Shown piece by piece: positions 26,544-59,279 of a DNA stretch of 64,000 nucleotides. Position numbers and translations under genes: made by a program. Source of the stretch: Octopus vulgaris (lineage: Eukaryota). The notes under the pieces were generated by a model that saw nothing but the letters and a program-made list of their open reading frames with translations, was not told the origin of the DNA and did no database searches. The number at the start of each line of letters is the position of its first letter. The stretch's first letter is position 1. Location: the NCBI GenBank assembly GCA_951406725.2, contig OX597815.1, forward strand, positions 73,842,001 through 73,906,000, written 5' to 3'.

Positions 26544-27995
26544 ATTCGATTGGTGCTTTATTTATTGATCCCCGAAAGAATCAAAAACAAAGATGGTCAA
26601 GGTGGAGTTTGAACTCAGAAGGCAGTGATTCAGAACGAATACCATACAGACAAAAACAAAAGCATAATTCCTCATTCTCTGACCACTCTTTCAACCGATC
26701 GTTAGTCTAGTACCAAGATATCAAAATCTGGAACGGAAATTCAAGTTAGACTGCATTGTTGACCTGCCAAGGAAAGCTTCTATCTGTTTAATGAAGCTCC
26801 TCATAATATTTTGTATTTTATTTATATTTTGAACTTCGTACGAGATTTGTATGAGAAAATTATATGCAACGAGATTTGTGAAGTCATGAAATTATCGATA
26901 AAATTAAGTAGAGTGATAAAAACTACAATGGCTTCACCTGACGCTTGAAACCGACTTACTAAGCTCATTGAGAAATTACGTTTCCACTACATCGTGACGA
27001 CATTCACTGGATCTTATTTTATATACCTTAGAGGTATGAAAATAAACGTCACTTCCTCTGAGATTAGATCTCAGATCACAGATGGTCGACATTGAATAAT
27101 GTAAGGTGTTTAGCCTCGTGCCTGCCATTTTACTCTTTATTTTATTGATAATCAATTGCGTGATGTTGACTATTCAAGATGTTTTGTCACTTCAATAGCT
27201 AGCTCTAACATTCATTATTGGTCACATAAAAAGCGTAAATTCTGAACAATATTAATAGTAAATTTGTACCGGATTACCTTTGTATAGTTTTTTCGCTTAC
27301 ATTAAACTATATAACTATATTTCTAGCGAAACAGTTAAAACGTAACAGATCGTTTAGTTTATTATTCTCACATCTTGTTGGAAACATTGTTGATGTTTGT
27401 ATTATTTATATTTTTGTAGAAAAAAATTCTTGTTTGATTTTATTTTCCAATCAATCCTTAAAGCCATGAATCGATTATATTATTACAAAGTGTTTGTTGT
27501 TCCAATACGTCTTCATTCGTTATATTTTATGCTTTATGATCAAAACTTAATGATTAGGTAAATTACGACACCGTAAAAGCAATCTTTCATTGAAAACAAT
27601 CAGGAAAAGAAATTAATGACTTATTACGAATTTCGTGGTTTTATTTTATTTGACAAGTGTTCAACGGTGAAGCACTGTGACACAATCAATTCTTCTCCAC
27701 AGGTAACTCTCATGGGTCCAGTGTAGCTTACAATAGATACTTAGAGAGATAAATGGATAGACACAACGATGGAAAATGAGCAGAAGAATATACAATGATA
27801 GAAAGGTAAATGGATGCAAACAATGAAAGAAAAGTAGATAAATGGACGTGTTCTGTTCGCTTGAGGCTGCCTTGTTATGGCAATGAGAGAGAGAGGGGAG
27901 GGGAGAAGGAGAGAGGAAGAAAGAAAGAGAGGGAAGAGTGAGTGAGAGTGAGAAGGAAAATGAGGGATAGAGAGGGATGAGAGAGGAAGAGATAG

Positions 27996-28058
<63 letters not shown>

Positions 28059-28449
28059 GAGAGAGAGAGAAACAGACAGACAGACAGAGTGGAAGAGAGA
28101 GTGTATGTGCTTAACGGGAGAAAATTCTAAGTTCTTTTTCTTTTGTTTTCTGCTGAGAAATTCTTATCGGAGGGTGAAAAATGGAGAGAGGAAAGAGCAT
28201 ACATATTTTTTTTTATACGATTCATTTATTATTAACAGAGTAGTCGTGTATGGTTCTATTTCGCCTTCGTTAAGGCTCATCAGCACAACTAAACTCAAAA
28301 TTCTGAAGTTAGACCAACTGAAGTCATTTAAGAGTTGAAATTAAAATCAAAGATGATCGATTTCTTTTTCTCATATATAGTGGAGGGACAAATAATAAGA
28401 GAAAACATTAGATAAGTCGGTAGACAGAGAAAGCAATAGAAAGATAAAC

Positions 28450-28494
<45 letters not shown>

Positions 28495-28495
28495 T

Positions 28496-28556
<61 letters not shown>

Positions 28557-28669
28557 CAGTCAGACAGACGTCAGACGGATAGACAGACAGACAGACTAAC
28601 TGACAGACAGATAGAGAAATAGATTATTATTTAATATACGCACATCAGATAGATAGAAAAAATTCCCAA

Positions 28670-31050
28670 CATCGAACTGCAACAAGTAACCTTAGATGCC
28701 AAGAACCTTCCTAAGTATCCTTCCTAAATATCCCTAATAACACTGTTTTTTGGAGCTGCACTAAACTAGGTTCTATGCCTATTTCATCTATCCATCTGTT
28801 CAAATCTTTAGGGATAGCCCCTAATTCACCTATAACTAGTGGGATACATTTTACCTGCACTTTCCATAACCCCTGTAACTCAATGGCTAGATTCTGATAC
28901 TTGGCTATTTTCTCTATACCTCTTATATTGACTTTCATCATCATTTGGGACTGTAAAGTCGATTACCGGGCACTTTTTATTCTCTTTTTGCTACTATTAC
29001 TAAATCAGGCCGTCTAGCTTCTATTACTCTGTCAGTTTGAATGTTAAAGCCCCACAAGATCTTATATTTCTTATTTTCTCGCACTTTACTAGGTTCATGT
29101 TCGAACCAGTTTTCTGTATGGTCAAACCCTAGCTTTCTACATAACTGTCAGTGGTTTATTCTCCCTAGGTTGTCATATTCTTTCTGTGCTAGCATACTAC
29201 ATTCACTAACTATATGAGTAACGCCTTCCTCCTTTGATTTATATAACATACATTGGTAATCTACCTGATTTTTGCCCATCTTGGCTTTTATCCAATTAGC
29301 CCTCATTGCTTGTGCTTGTACTCCCTTTTCAGCCTTCCTTTCTGCAATAACAACCATGTTTCATTATTACTATTTTCTGCAACTATCTTTGAGAATCAAT
29401 CTTGCAAAGCCTTCTCTTGCCAGTCAGATAATCTTATTTCTTTTTCTGGTTTTTAACTACATTTGACTATTTGGTTTTCCTACTTGCAGCTCTTAATAAA
29501 ATTTCCTCACTGTTATCTACATTGGAGGTCATAACTACTCCAGCTAACTCTACAGTCTTCTAGTGATATTAAACCTCTACCACCTTCCTTTCTAAATAAA
29601 TATAATCTTGCTTTTCCTGCCCTTGGGTGAAGTCCTCCATTCATATTGAATTCCTTCCTAGTTCTTCTATCTAGATTTGCTAATTCAGATTTTGTCTAAT
29701 CTACAAAAGCTACTGAGTATCTTAGTAATGATACTTCTCAAGTACTTACAGCTTTTACGATTCGGACCATTTAGCTTTGACAACATTAATTTTCTCACCC
29801 TTCTGATGTACTCATCAATTTTCTCTTTCGTTTCTGTAGTTAGTACCCTGTCAGATTCTAATATTTCTAGATACTTATAATTTTTGATTTTAATGTCTGG
29901 CAATCTGGCAACTGAATGCCTTCAATGCTGACTACTTGTCCCTTTTTAATGACTAATATTGCGCACTTACGAGTATCTATGCCAAATTCCATAACAGTTT
30001 GCATTAAGGAATCTACCTCTTTTTATTCGTACTAAAAAGCTTCAGATCATCAATGTAGAGCAAACCGTTAACCTTTCCTTTATAACCTCTAAACTGATAC
30101 CCTACTTTTGCCTTTCTTAATACTAAACTGAGTGAGATTAAACATTTAAAAGGGATAACCGGTTTCCCTGGAAAATTCCTTTCTTGATATTAACTTTCCT
30201 TAAGGCTGTGTCACTTGAGTAGAGATCTATTTTCCATTTCTTCCTGCTATAGCTAATTAGTTCTTTTGTCGTCTGCAATACTGAATATTCTCAGACATTC
30301 ACTTATCTATGAGTGTGGAATCATGTCACAGGCTTTCTTATGATCTATCCATGCTATTGTTAAATTTTTCTTTTTAGGTTTTACTTCTTTGGGGACTTTT
30401 TTGTCTATGTATGATAACACGTTCCTCTAACCTTCTTCCTACAACTTTTCTGATCTTCTGAAAGTAAATTCTGTCTGTCTAGGTGCTCATAAATGCTTTC
30501 TGAGAACATTCTTGTTAACAGCCTCCACACCAATGATAAGCAAGTAATTGGTCTATCATTACTAGCTATATCTCTCTTGCTTTTGTCTTTCATAAGGAGT
30601 ACGTTTTCCCTCTAGTCCTGAAGCTTTTCCTTCAATTCTTCCATGTAAGCTACTAAATATCTTTAACTAGTACCTTTGAACTAAATTTGATCGTGGGCCC
30701 TTCTAATTTGGCATTCTTTGTAACACTTTATTCGTTTATGCACAAGTTAATCTTAGATTTGGCCATTTCTCAGTAACTACTTTTTTCTTCACTTTAGTAA
30801 CTACTACCCTCCTGCATAGATCAATAAGTTAGTGCCACCTATATTTTTAGCATCTATCCTACTGATAAGAGAATCTACTTTCCTAGCAATATCTAGCAAC
30901 TTCCTTTCATTAACACCTTTTAATGCTGGTAATTTTTTTCTGCTTTACTCATTACTTCCTCCACCTCATTTAAAATCTTCTGATCTTCATCACTTCAGTC
31001 GTTGGTATCAGTTTTCTCTTCATGATTGGTAGTGCTATTATTTTTTCTTG
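28670..31050 (-). mobile_element. Decayed R4/Dong-like non-LTR retrotransposon (RT, CCHC, restriction-like endonuclease)
   Basis: Motifs in order: NDRPITCL, WIDHKKACDMIPHS, GIFQG, LLYIDDLKLF, YKYLEILE, C..KEEGVTHIVSEC..LAQKEY, RRPDLV..IDFTVP, KIAKYQNLAIEL..LW..IPLVIGELG. Many stops and frameshifts. Confidence 0.85.
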
Positions 31051-32255
31051 TAGGCTCTTCTTGGCTTGATTTGTATCACTTGTGTTGTTTGGCTGTTCCA
31101 CTTCTTGGTCCTTTTTTTTTAGTTCGCTTGAGAAATAATAAATGTAGATTTTAAATACCTTGCCATTTTTTAAAACTGACTTCAAGGATGTTTAATTTGG
31201 AATCATATGAAACCAACTAATGATTTGCTATTTTGTTTTGCACCCATAATATACTATAAAGTATAATAAATGTTTTTTATAAGTCAACGCCACATTCCAC
31301 AGTGTTAACTTATGAATCCAGTATTGTTTTGGACAATATTAAAAGTTGACTTAACGTCGCTCCTCAATCACAATGTTTAACTAATCACTAATCTTGAATT
31401 ATTCAATTATTTTTTAGTCGTTCTTCACCTGGTTAACAACCAAATACCACATTTTCGTTCATTTTTGTTAGAGCAACGATATAACTTCACAGAATATAAT
31501 TAGTTTTATATTACTACCTTAATTAACCGTGCTCTACAGAATTAATTTCTGTTACAATATTTTTGCTAAAAGTTATTAATTGCTCTCCTCTTCTTGTTTT
31601 TCGACATTCACATTATGTATATACGTCGTCTGCCACGGAGATGTAATACAATTAGTGGGTGCAACGTGCAGAACTTATCAATAAAGTGTTTACATGAGTG
31701 GGTTTCCATTAATATTAATATCACCTTATCCATATTAGAAAATGAACAGAGCACTGAGATAATTTATCCTTATTCTGAGTTGTTAGGGTTTATGCCATGC
31801 CGGCCAGTGGGTCCTACGTCGTTACAACAGTCATGTAGTCTGTGCAGTATCAGTGACAAGGTACGAACCCTCAACATGCCGTCACTCTATCGATTCGGCC
31901 ATGTATGGACATCACATAGTATGTGTAGAGTATATTTAAAATAAATTATAAGCTCGCTTGTTTTCATGATGAAATAATTGTAAAGAAACAACATAAAGAC
32001 TTTGCGTTCAATAAACCAAAATAAAGAGTCTGTGATTTTGAAAACTGCGATTAAATATAAAAAGTCTGAATGTTTAGACGGATAAATAATTCCACTGGGT
32101 TATTGAAATTTATTTTCAATTCTTACCTATTCTGATACACTACTGATTAAACTTTGTCAAAATATTTCGTTATGGAGAAGATATATTTTATTGAAAATAA
32201 AATAAAATCGAATTGACGGCTAAAATCGATATAGAAATATGCATATTTATATATA

Positions 32256-32323
<68 letters not shown>

Positions 32324-32381
32324 GAGCGTGCATGCATCTGTGTATGTGTGTGCGCATGTGTGTGTGGGGGTGTGGGGGTGT

Positions 32382-32428
<47 letters not shown>

Positions 32429-33597
32429 TATATACAAATATATATTATATATATTGTTTAAAAAAATGAAGCCAATTCTTCAACAAATGAATCTGTGAAT
32501 AGTAAGATTTTATAAAAACAAAAATATATATTTGTTATTTTAAACAGCAGCAGATCGTTAAAGTTACAGAATGAATCTGTCGGTTGAAAAAAAAAATGTC
32601 AATGAAGCGGAATTTTATTCAAGTGTCACATCGATAGAAAAAAAATGAAATATGTCTTTAATATAGCTTTTATTGACAAAATCCGCAGAAGTACAGGTCT
32701 TTTTTTTTTTTCATTTGTACAAATTATTTATTCAATTTTGTTTGATCTTAATTTTTTTTCTATGACAAATACAAATAACTAAGCAAAGCATGTCTTCCCC
32801 CATTCCATTTTCTCCTTTTCCTTCGTATTGCTGTGACGGTTTTTCTCGTCCACAATAATAAATTCTGTTTATTGATAGACATTGTATAAAAAATACGACG
32901 ACAATGAAACCCTTTCATTGTTCCTTTTTTAAAAACTATGTCGTTATTTTTCTCCTTCAGTAATTGAAGAGCGTTAGCAACGTAACAATCAGGAATATAT
33001 AAATTATAAACTCTATAAAATAAACAAAATTATTTGCAATAGTTTACTTTTTTTCTAAGAAGTTTTATTAAAGAGGCATAAAAAAAAACGAAGGCAATAA
33101 AAAATGAAAGCAATAACAACCACAACAAACGGGGAGATTTATATTCGGCTTTTCATTCAATATAATACCTGCATCCCACAATCTTTTTATTAGAAGTTAA
33201 ATACTTAAAATTTGAATAAATTAGCCTTTTTGTACTGTATTATTAGGTGATAAAGGTATGAAAGTAATCATTATACATACAAAAGGATTGTTTGAAGTGT
33301 TCAAAATGCTATAGAGAAAAATCAAAAAATTTACCTACGTTTAGATCCTTAGGTTAAAAAAATTTCTCTAATATTTTCTTTTCGCTAAATAATTCTGTTT
33401 GTTAACTGTAGGAAATTAAAGAAAGCTTTGGATCTATTATTTTCCGATAATATACATGGCTTGATGTTGGATTCTGTCGAAATAAGATCTTGTATCATAA
33501 AGCTGTCTGTGAGAGTATTTTTTTTTTCTGAGATTCTATTTATATTTTTCCAATTCGAAAATATTAAAATTAACACTTTCGATACACAACAGATTGC

Positions 33598-33790
<193 letters not shown>

Positions 33791-34211
33791 TATATAAATA
33801 AAAATCTAAGAAGAATTAGACACTTCAGGGAATTTCAAACGTAAAAATTCTTCAAATGCTGTTGACAATTATTCAAGAATCAAACCAAAACAAAAACACG
33901 AAGTCTTTTATGATATACAAATCTTTTACAAAAAGAAAAAAAGAAAAAGCGAGAGGTATAATTGGGGGGAAACCCGGATAAATCGAATATCTGTTTAAAT
34001 AGGCCTCATTTATAATGTTATCAATGATATCGGCTGTAAGAGAAACGACAACATTGAGTAAGAAGCTAACTACTGGGTAGCAGATTCTGTTGATCCGGTT
34101 TCGATTCCTCGTCCTAGCCATTTGAGTTTACCTAGTGTTACTTATTCCTCCAACGAAAAGCTTATTCGTCTCAGTTTTCTGTCATAAAAATTTTTTTTTC
34201 AAATGAAAAAC

Positions 34212-34273
<62 letters not shown>

Positions 34274-34441
34274 CATCTGAAGTTCTGTAAAAAGTTAATA
34301 TCAGTCGCTTTGTTCACTGGATCAACACCCATTTTACTATATAAAGTTACTTCCTAATTAATTCTGTCTGCTGAAGTTACAGTAGTCAGAAATTAGGCCG
34401 GGGAAAGGGAAGTGTAATTCATCTATCTATCTATCTGTCTA

Positions 34442-34508
<67 letters not shown>

Positions 34509-34595
34509 GTCTATCTGTCTGTCTGTCTGTCAGTCTGTCTATCTATCTATCTACATGCATACATACATACATACATACATACATACATACATACA

Positions 34596-34677
<82 letters not shown>

Positions 34678-34792
34678 TTAATTAAAAACTTAGGGTAACA
34701 AGAATATTTATCGAAAAATTCTTAGTTACCAGTGGTCTAGCGAGAAAAAATTAGTCAATAGACTATATATTACTTAGAGAATAATAGTGTAC

Positions 34793-34983
34793 ATTCAAAC
34801 ATAAAAGATATACCCGAAGAATAGGATATCTGACTCGCTAGAAAGAGCAGTTAAAAACTCCAAGCCACCAATTGTTATTTTTCAATCACTTTCGGAATTA
34901 CAACAATTGGTGGCTAGGAGTTTTTAACTGCTCTTTCTAGCGAGTCAGATATCCTATTCTTCGGGTATCTCTTTTGTTTGAAT
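34793..34983. repeat. Foldback inverted repeat (~83-bp arms, 25-nt loop) between (TA)n tracts
   Basis: 34793-34876 is the near-perfect reverse complement of 34902-34983. Confidence 0.9.
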
Positions 34984-35025
34984 ATATATATATAAACATA
35001 CATACATGTATATGATATATGATAT

Positions 35026-35114
<89 letters not shown>

Positions 35115-36699
35115 CAAGTGTGTGTGGGGTGTATCTATCTGTATATCTATCTTTCTATCTCTGAACCTGTCTGTCTACCTATCTATCTAGCTAGCTAGCT
35201 GTTTTGCTGTCAGTCTTAGTGTCATACATATAAATAAAAGTTAAACAGGAAAAGCGAATCTAATATTACTTAGTCTCACAAATAAATAGCCATATTGAAA
35301 ACCAAAATCGAACAGTCGCCCTTCTCTACTCGCATTTCTATATGACTTTGTTGTCAACCGTATACGATAACTAAAATATTTAAACTGATTCTTAGTCTCA
35401 CAATTTCAAGTCATGGATTTTGGAAATTTAAAAGAAGTCATTAGAACTATGATATCGGCGGTTCTGAGTACATAAGGCAATAATGAACGTGTGGTAAAAA
35501 GTAGCTATTTGATACTTTTCTTTACATTATCGTCGATCACTTAAACACATTTTACACACAATTATTATTCCTTTGACAACAGTGAAAAATTAACAATTAA
35601 CGTTCGTTCTTTAACGATACTAAAATAAATGACTATATTCACACAAACCTATTGAGGTGTCAGATAAATTCCTTCGTTTTAATTTATCTTAATTTCTAAT
35701 GTTATATGAAATAACATGAAAAATATTAATATTAATATTAATATTTTTTGTAGCTCTCTTCTTCCTCTATCACATGTCTATCTCTTCTGAAATTTTAATA
35801 AATTTACCTCTTAGATATATGATGATGGAGTGTCAAGAAGAAAAAGAAAAAAAACGAACGAATTTATTTGACTACCCAATGTAAACGAAAGCGGGCAGAA
35901 GAGCAAGTCGTTCAATTTTAAAGTAATTTCAATATAATTTCTATATTGAAAACATACGATAGAATTCTAGTCATTTCACTAACTTGTATTCTAATAGAGT
36001 AGCCGAGTATATCTTCATAGATACTGTCGTTAGAAACATTCTACATATCTCTCTATACATAACATTGCCCAATATGGAGTAATTCTACACCTTTTTGTAT
36101 ATCTGTTCTAAATTCATTGCACAACACAAACTATTTATGTAAGAAAATAAAAACAAAAGAACGCAAAGTGTATTATACATTGAACAATAATAACCAATGG
36201 AAAAAAATAAAAGAAGTTTTTCCCCATAAAATAATATGGCGGATGTTTGCGCTGTATCTTACTTTGCATAGTTTTGTTATTGTCTTTGATAGGTCAATAA
36301 TTTCGACCCAGCGTTTTGTAAAATTGGTCTCATTCTGTTCAGTTAATGCAGTTTGTAAAACTTTGGACAAAATTCACATTTTATTCTATCCTTTTGTTGT
36401 ATTAAAATTATTGCCTTTTGGGGTCGGTCGTATATTCAGAAAGCTAAAAATGGTTTATCACATTCAGTCTCTTTGTTACAACTGAATGGTATTTCATTAG
36501 TTTATTTTGTGAAAGAGAATCGAAGGAAATTGTTAAATTATATTAAGCATAAAAATCGTCCAGTTTTCTAAGACTTTATAAAACAAGTCATTTTTAGATT
36601 TAACTTGTTTAAATTTTTACTGCTTTCAAAAAAGTCTCTTTCTCTCTCTCTCTCTCCCTTTATCTCCTTCTCTCTTCCTCCTCTTTCTTTCCCTCTATT

Positions 36700-36772
<73 letters not shown>

Positions 36773-37968
36773 ATAATTTAGGATGCTGGTTTTATGACTT
36801 AAGTCAAACCCACAGGTACAGTCATAAAATTTTGTAGGCAGGTCCTCATTCTGCAACATATTAAGAGCATTCTGTCTTTTTTTATTTGTTTTTTAATCAT
36901 AGCGGTAACATTATGCTACATGCATTTCTGGAACAATTTATAAAACACAACAACGTATCTATTCATTCCCGATATTGCACACATCATATCTTGCATAAGA
37001 ACCGAAGAGTTATTTTGACATTCGTTAATTCCAGGTTCAATGCTGTCATAGAGTCTCTTTCTCCTTTATTTTGGTGGTTTCGTGTCTAATATCTTGTGAC
37101 AACTAGGCCAAATTTACATTTGTTGAAGAGTTATGTTCGGCAGTTTTAACTTCAGAACAACGCTGATTAAGCGACATTTTGCTGTAAATTTCGTTCAAGG
37201 CATTCCGGCTTTCTGAAGAAGACAAAAAATATGTATAAGCTTTCCAAATGTTTTCAAATGAATATGAACAAAATTGTTATAAAGAAGTTTATGGTTTTAA
37301 TGACAACAACTTTTCAAAATATTCTTGATTAAAAAATTTTAAACTAATTCTTTAGACAGTTGCTATAACCATTGCCGTTTTTTAAATCACGGCCTCAAGT
37401 TTTAAAAAGCGTCAGATAGTTTGTCAGATCGTAACCCAACGCAAACACCGTACCGCATCCAGAATAAAGCGCTAAACGATTTTATGCTGCACATTTAAAT
37501 GACACACATTGCAGGTAACAAAAATGAGCTAAGAGTGAAGGAAATGGAAACTCATGAGATTATAAATTGAAAATAAAAACACAATTTTGTGGCTCAACTG
37601 TAGAGGAAGGCGGCAACTGTCGATTACATAGACATTAGGAGGTAGATGTAACAGCGACCATAAACGAATTGATCTCAAACTCGTTAACTAACCCCGATGA
37701 CTCCCCAGCTATTCTCTTGAAGTCATATAAGCAGCTTTAGCAAAACCACTTCAGATACTTTTTCAGAGTTTCTTTAAAAGTAGTAGAAAAGCTAAACAGC
37801 GAAAAAGAAGGGCATCATATACCGTTTATATTTCAAGCACTGCGCTATCAGTTCACAGATGCATCACGGCCTACATATACAGGACCCTTATGGGTTTATA
37901 TTCTTTATCTAAATTAAAGGCTCTTTTCGAGTGATTCCGAACGTTTTGCTTTTTCATATTTTACTTTA

Positions 37969-38012
<44 letters not shown>

Positions 38013-39554
38013 AACAATGCTGGAGGAACAAACTATATCGAACGTTTTTGTCTTGACTGGCATTTTCTGGTCCTCTTCTGCCAAAAAGGGTAGTATATGA
38101 GAAAAAGAAAGAAAGAAAGGTAAGAAGGTAAGAAAGAAGAAAGGAAAAACACAAAAATAATTTTAAGCGCAGCAAAATATTGACTTGTCTTTCCTAAATT
38201 TCATAAATTAAACTAGATTTTATAACTGTAAACACAAACTTCGAACACTCGTTAAATGTCTTCGTAGGTATACGATAAGGCCGCTTATGGTAAATAAACT
38301 AGTCAAAACCATTCTTTAAATCTTTTCGTGGGTTGTGCTAAGGCCGCTTATGGTAAATTAACTCGTCAAACAATCCCTAGCGAGTTAATTAGGCTTCTGT
38401 TGATGTCGCTAATGGCAAATATATTCGTCGAACGATCTTTTAAATCTCTTCATATGCTTGATCTAAGGCCGCTTACTGTAAATTAACTCGTTAACAAACA
38501 ATCTTTAAGTCTCTTCATTGGCCTGTGTAGTCTACTTGTATAGCCAATTAACAGTTTACATAAAACTTGCTTGACAAATCGGCAACCATTTAGCTGTATC
38601 ACTTGACCAGCCTTTGTCAATCTGTTTTCATGAGACACGCCATGATACTTGGACTCGGTATCGGAAGTCATATTCTTCTCAGCTAACCTTTCATAAACAA
38701 CAAAACAGACAATTCTGGTGAAAACGTTTGAGCAGTTTCACCAGTCTTTGTCGAGTATTCTATGTGTCACGTTCAGAAAGAAGTTTTGTGTTGATAGAAA
38801 CTTCACAAACGCTCGACTTTTTCTTTTTCTTCTCTTTAATTTTTCTCTTCTTTTCTTTTTTAATTCTTTTCTGTTTTCCCCTTCTCGTTGTTGAACATAA
38901 CCTGTTTCAAACCTCGGTGATGCTTCATACAGTTAAAAAATGTAATTTATTCTTTCTTTCGTTTTTTTTTTTTTTTTTTTTTTTGGCCTTGTCTGCGGTC
39001 AGAAGTTACATTCTCACTATCTGTCTTCCTCTCTTACCTTTTCTTCTTTCTTTCCTTCTTTCATTCCCATCTTACTTTCGTTCTCTTTATCAATCATTCT
39101 TTCTCGTTTCCTTCTCCCTTCTTCCCTCCTCTTCTCACTCTTATTCTCTCTCATTTACTACATTTTGTGATAGAAGAGGAACAAAAATACTAGCCAAGAC
39201 AAAAATTTTCAATCTGATTTATTTTTCTAATAAACTTTAATTATATTTTAATATTAGTTTCAAATTTTTGCACAAAACCAAATTATATTTTAATATTAAT
39301 TACACTAATTTCGCCGACGTTGACTTTGCCTTTCATCCTTTCGAGGGTTGATAAAATAAGTACCAATTGAGCACTGGAGTCGATGTAATTGGCTCAGCCC
39401 CATCCCCCGAAATTACTGGCCTTGCGCCAAAATTTGAAACCAATATTACTTACCTTAATTAATCACTTCATGATTTCTTTTGTCCCATCAAGTATATATA
39501 TGCATATGCAAGTATGTGTGTATGTGTGTATGAGTGAGTGTGTGTGTGTATGTA

Positions 39555-39604
<50 letters not shown>

Positions 39605-39804
39605 ACATAACTCTTTTCTGGAATTGGACAGCCTTCGATTTAGTCTATCCAAAAAGATTTTTCAACCCAATTTTTACATGCTATTATTTATACCATTTAT
39701 GCACTTTGAGATCCAATTCCAAAAATGAATTCTTTCATATTTTCTCAAAAGTTTATAAGTTCTTATGACGTCCAACACGCACACACATATATTTACACAT
39801 ACAA

Positions 39805-39845
<41 letters not shown>

Positions 39846-39907
39846 TGCATATACACATATAGATGCACGCACACAAGCACGCACGTGTGTATATATTTAT
39901 ATACATA

Positions 39908-40030
39908 CGAGGGGTGTATGAAAAGTTTTGAGCCTTTAAGGCCTTTGAGACTTGAAGTCTTATACCTTCATCAGAAGTCTTGTACCATGTTTTGATTTTT
40001 TGAGCCTCAAGACTTTCCATACACCCCTCG
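39908..40030. mobile_element. 123-bp mariner-like MITE
   Basis: TA-CGAGGGGTGTATGAAAAGTTTTGAG ... CTCAAGACTTTCCATACACCCCTCG-TA: ~25-bp TIRs with TA duplication. Confidence 0.85.
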
Positions 40031-40042
40031 TACATACATACG

Positions 40043-40134
<92 letters not shown>

Positions 40135-40553
40135 AGTCTATCAACTATATATATATATAATTTATTATCCTTATACAAGAATCTTGTTGACAGTGACATC
40201 GAAGTTTCGGAAGAAGAATAAATTTGTACTCTACTAAAATATAGAGTAACTCGTCAGATTAATGTAAAATAGTATTTATAATAACTGAACATAAAAAGAA
40301 GCATTTATAAAAGTGTAGCAAGTCCCACATACGACAGTTTTGCAAAAATATTTCTGACTGAAAATATCATACATGCATGGAGTTGCGATTTTATGCATCC
40401 CAACAAAGTATTATTGTTAAGCTGAAACTGTAGCTAATGTAAAAAGAAATAGAATGGTGAAACTATTTTTTCGTTTTCTAAAAGAGCAACATTTTGGACT
40501 TAGGAAACTTTTGCATAATAGCATGTATGTATATATATATATATATACATACA

Positions 40554-40617
<64 letters not shown>

Positions 40618-40660
40618 TATATATTTATAAAATCTAATGTACACTACATTAAAATAACAG

Positions 40661-58408
<17,748 letters not shown>

Positions 58409-58436
<28 letters not shown>

Positions 58437-58614
58437 GGAGAGATAGTGAATATATATATATATATAAGTTCAGCAAAATTTAGATTTAAATGAATATGGT
58501 ACTTAAGTTACCCTCTCTATAATGTCATCAATTAATATGAAAATATGTATTAATGGAAAACCTCTATAAATGGCTGATGATTGCTCAACATTTGAAAACT
58601 GTTGTAATACTTAC
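58409..58614 (-). other. Candidate 5'UTR intron of SKOR
   Basis: Donor ATT|GTAAGTA at 58614 and acceptor ttttatctctcgctatag| at 58409. If spliced, ATG 58436 is intronic and ATG 58334 is the start. Confidence 0.5.
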
Positions 58615-58686
58615 AATGTTTAATAAAATGATGTAGCGTGAAACGATCGCACCAAATTACCGAAGATATTCTTGTTGCTTATTTTG

Positions 58687-58738
<52 letters not shown>

Positions 58739-58845
58739 ATATACGTTTATTTATACACCTACATGCATACTTCCATACACACAAACAGGCATACACTCAT
58801 ATATTACATACATGTATTATATTTGTGTATATATAATATTAATTC

Positions 58846-58905
58846 TTACAAGGAAACGTTTGATAGTGATTTCGAAGTTTCGACCAACCAGTCGTCATCA
58901 GATTT
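58846..58905 (-). ncRNA. Hammerhead ribozyme-like motif with intact CUGAUGA and GAAA boxes; member of a 4-copy family
   Basis: Minus strand: CUGAUGA-C-GACU-GGUU-GGUC-GAAA-CUUCGAAAUC-ACUAUC. Stem I pairing is not retained. Confidence 0.45.
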
Positions 58906-58970
58906 TATGTGTGTGTGTATGCAGGCATACATGTATATACATATTTATGAATAATGCATATGTATGTTTG

Positions 58971-59004
<34 letters not shown>

Positions 59005-59027
59005 TACAAACATACACACATACATAC

Positions 59028-59111
<84 letters not shown>

Positions 59112-59279
59112 CCAACTGGTGACAGTTTTGTGCATAGCTCTTGTCAAACTGGCGAGAATGCTTTCTCGGCCTACACACGATATCTCGGGTGCTACTGAAG
59201 AAGAAAATTACTACAACAGTAAAAGTGAAGTTGCTCAAAGTGAAAACCGAACCAACACGACATCCTTAACCAAAACGGA

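Noticed and set aside
35950-37250. Second gene or pseudogene in unique sequence
   Set aside because: Only short interrupted frames. No motif or coherent splice chain.
38276-38500. CRISPR-like repeat-spacer pattern
   Set aside because: Only three degenerate, irregularly spaced repeats in eukaryotic DNA, with no cas genes.
38738-38901. Alternative SKOR terminal exon (GYVQQREGENRKELKKKRR...)
   Set aside because: In phase, but the acceptor is weak and the sequence is low-complexity A/G. The 40806 exon has a much stronger acceptor.
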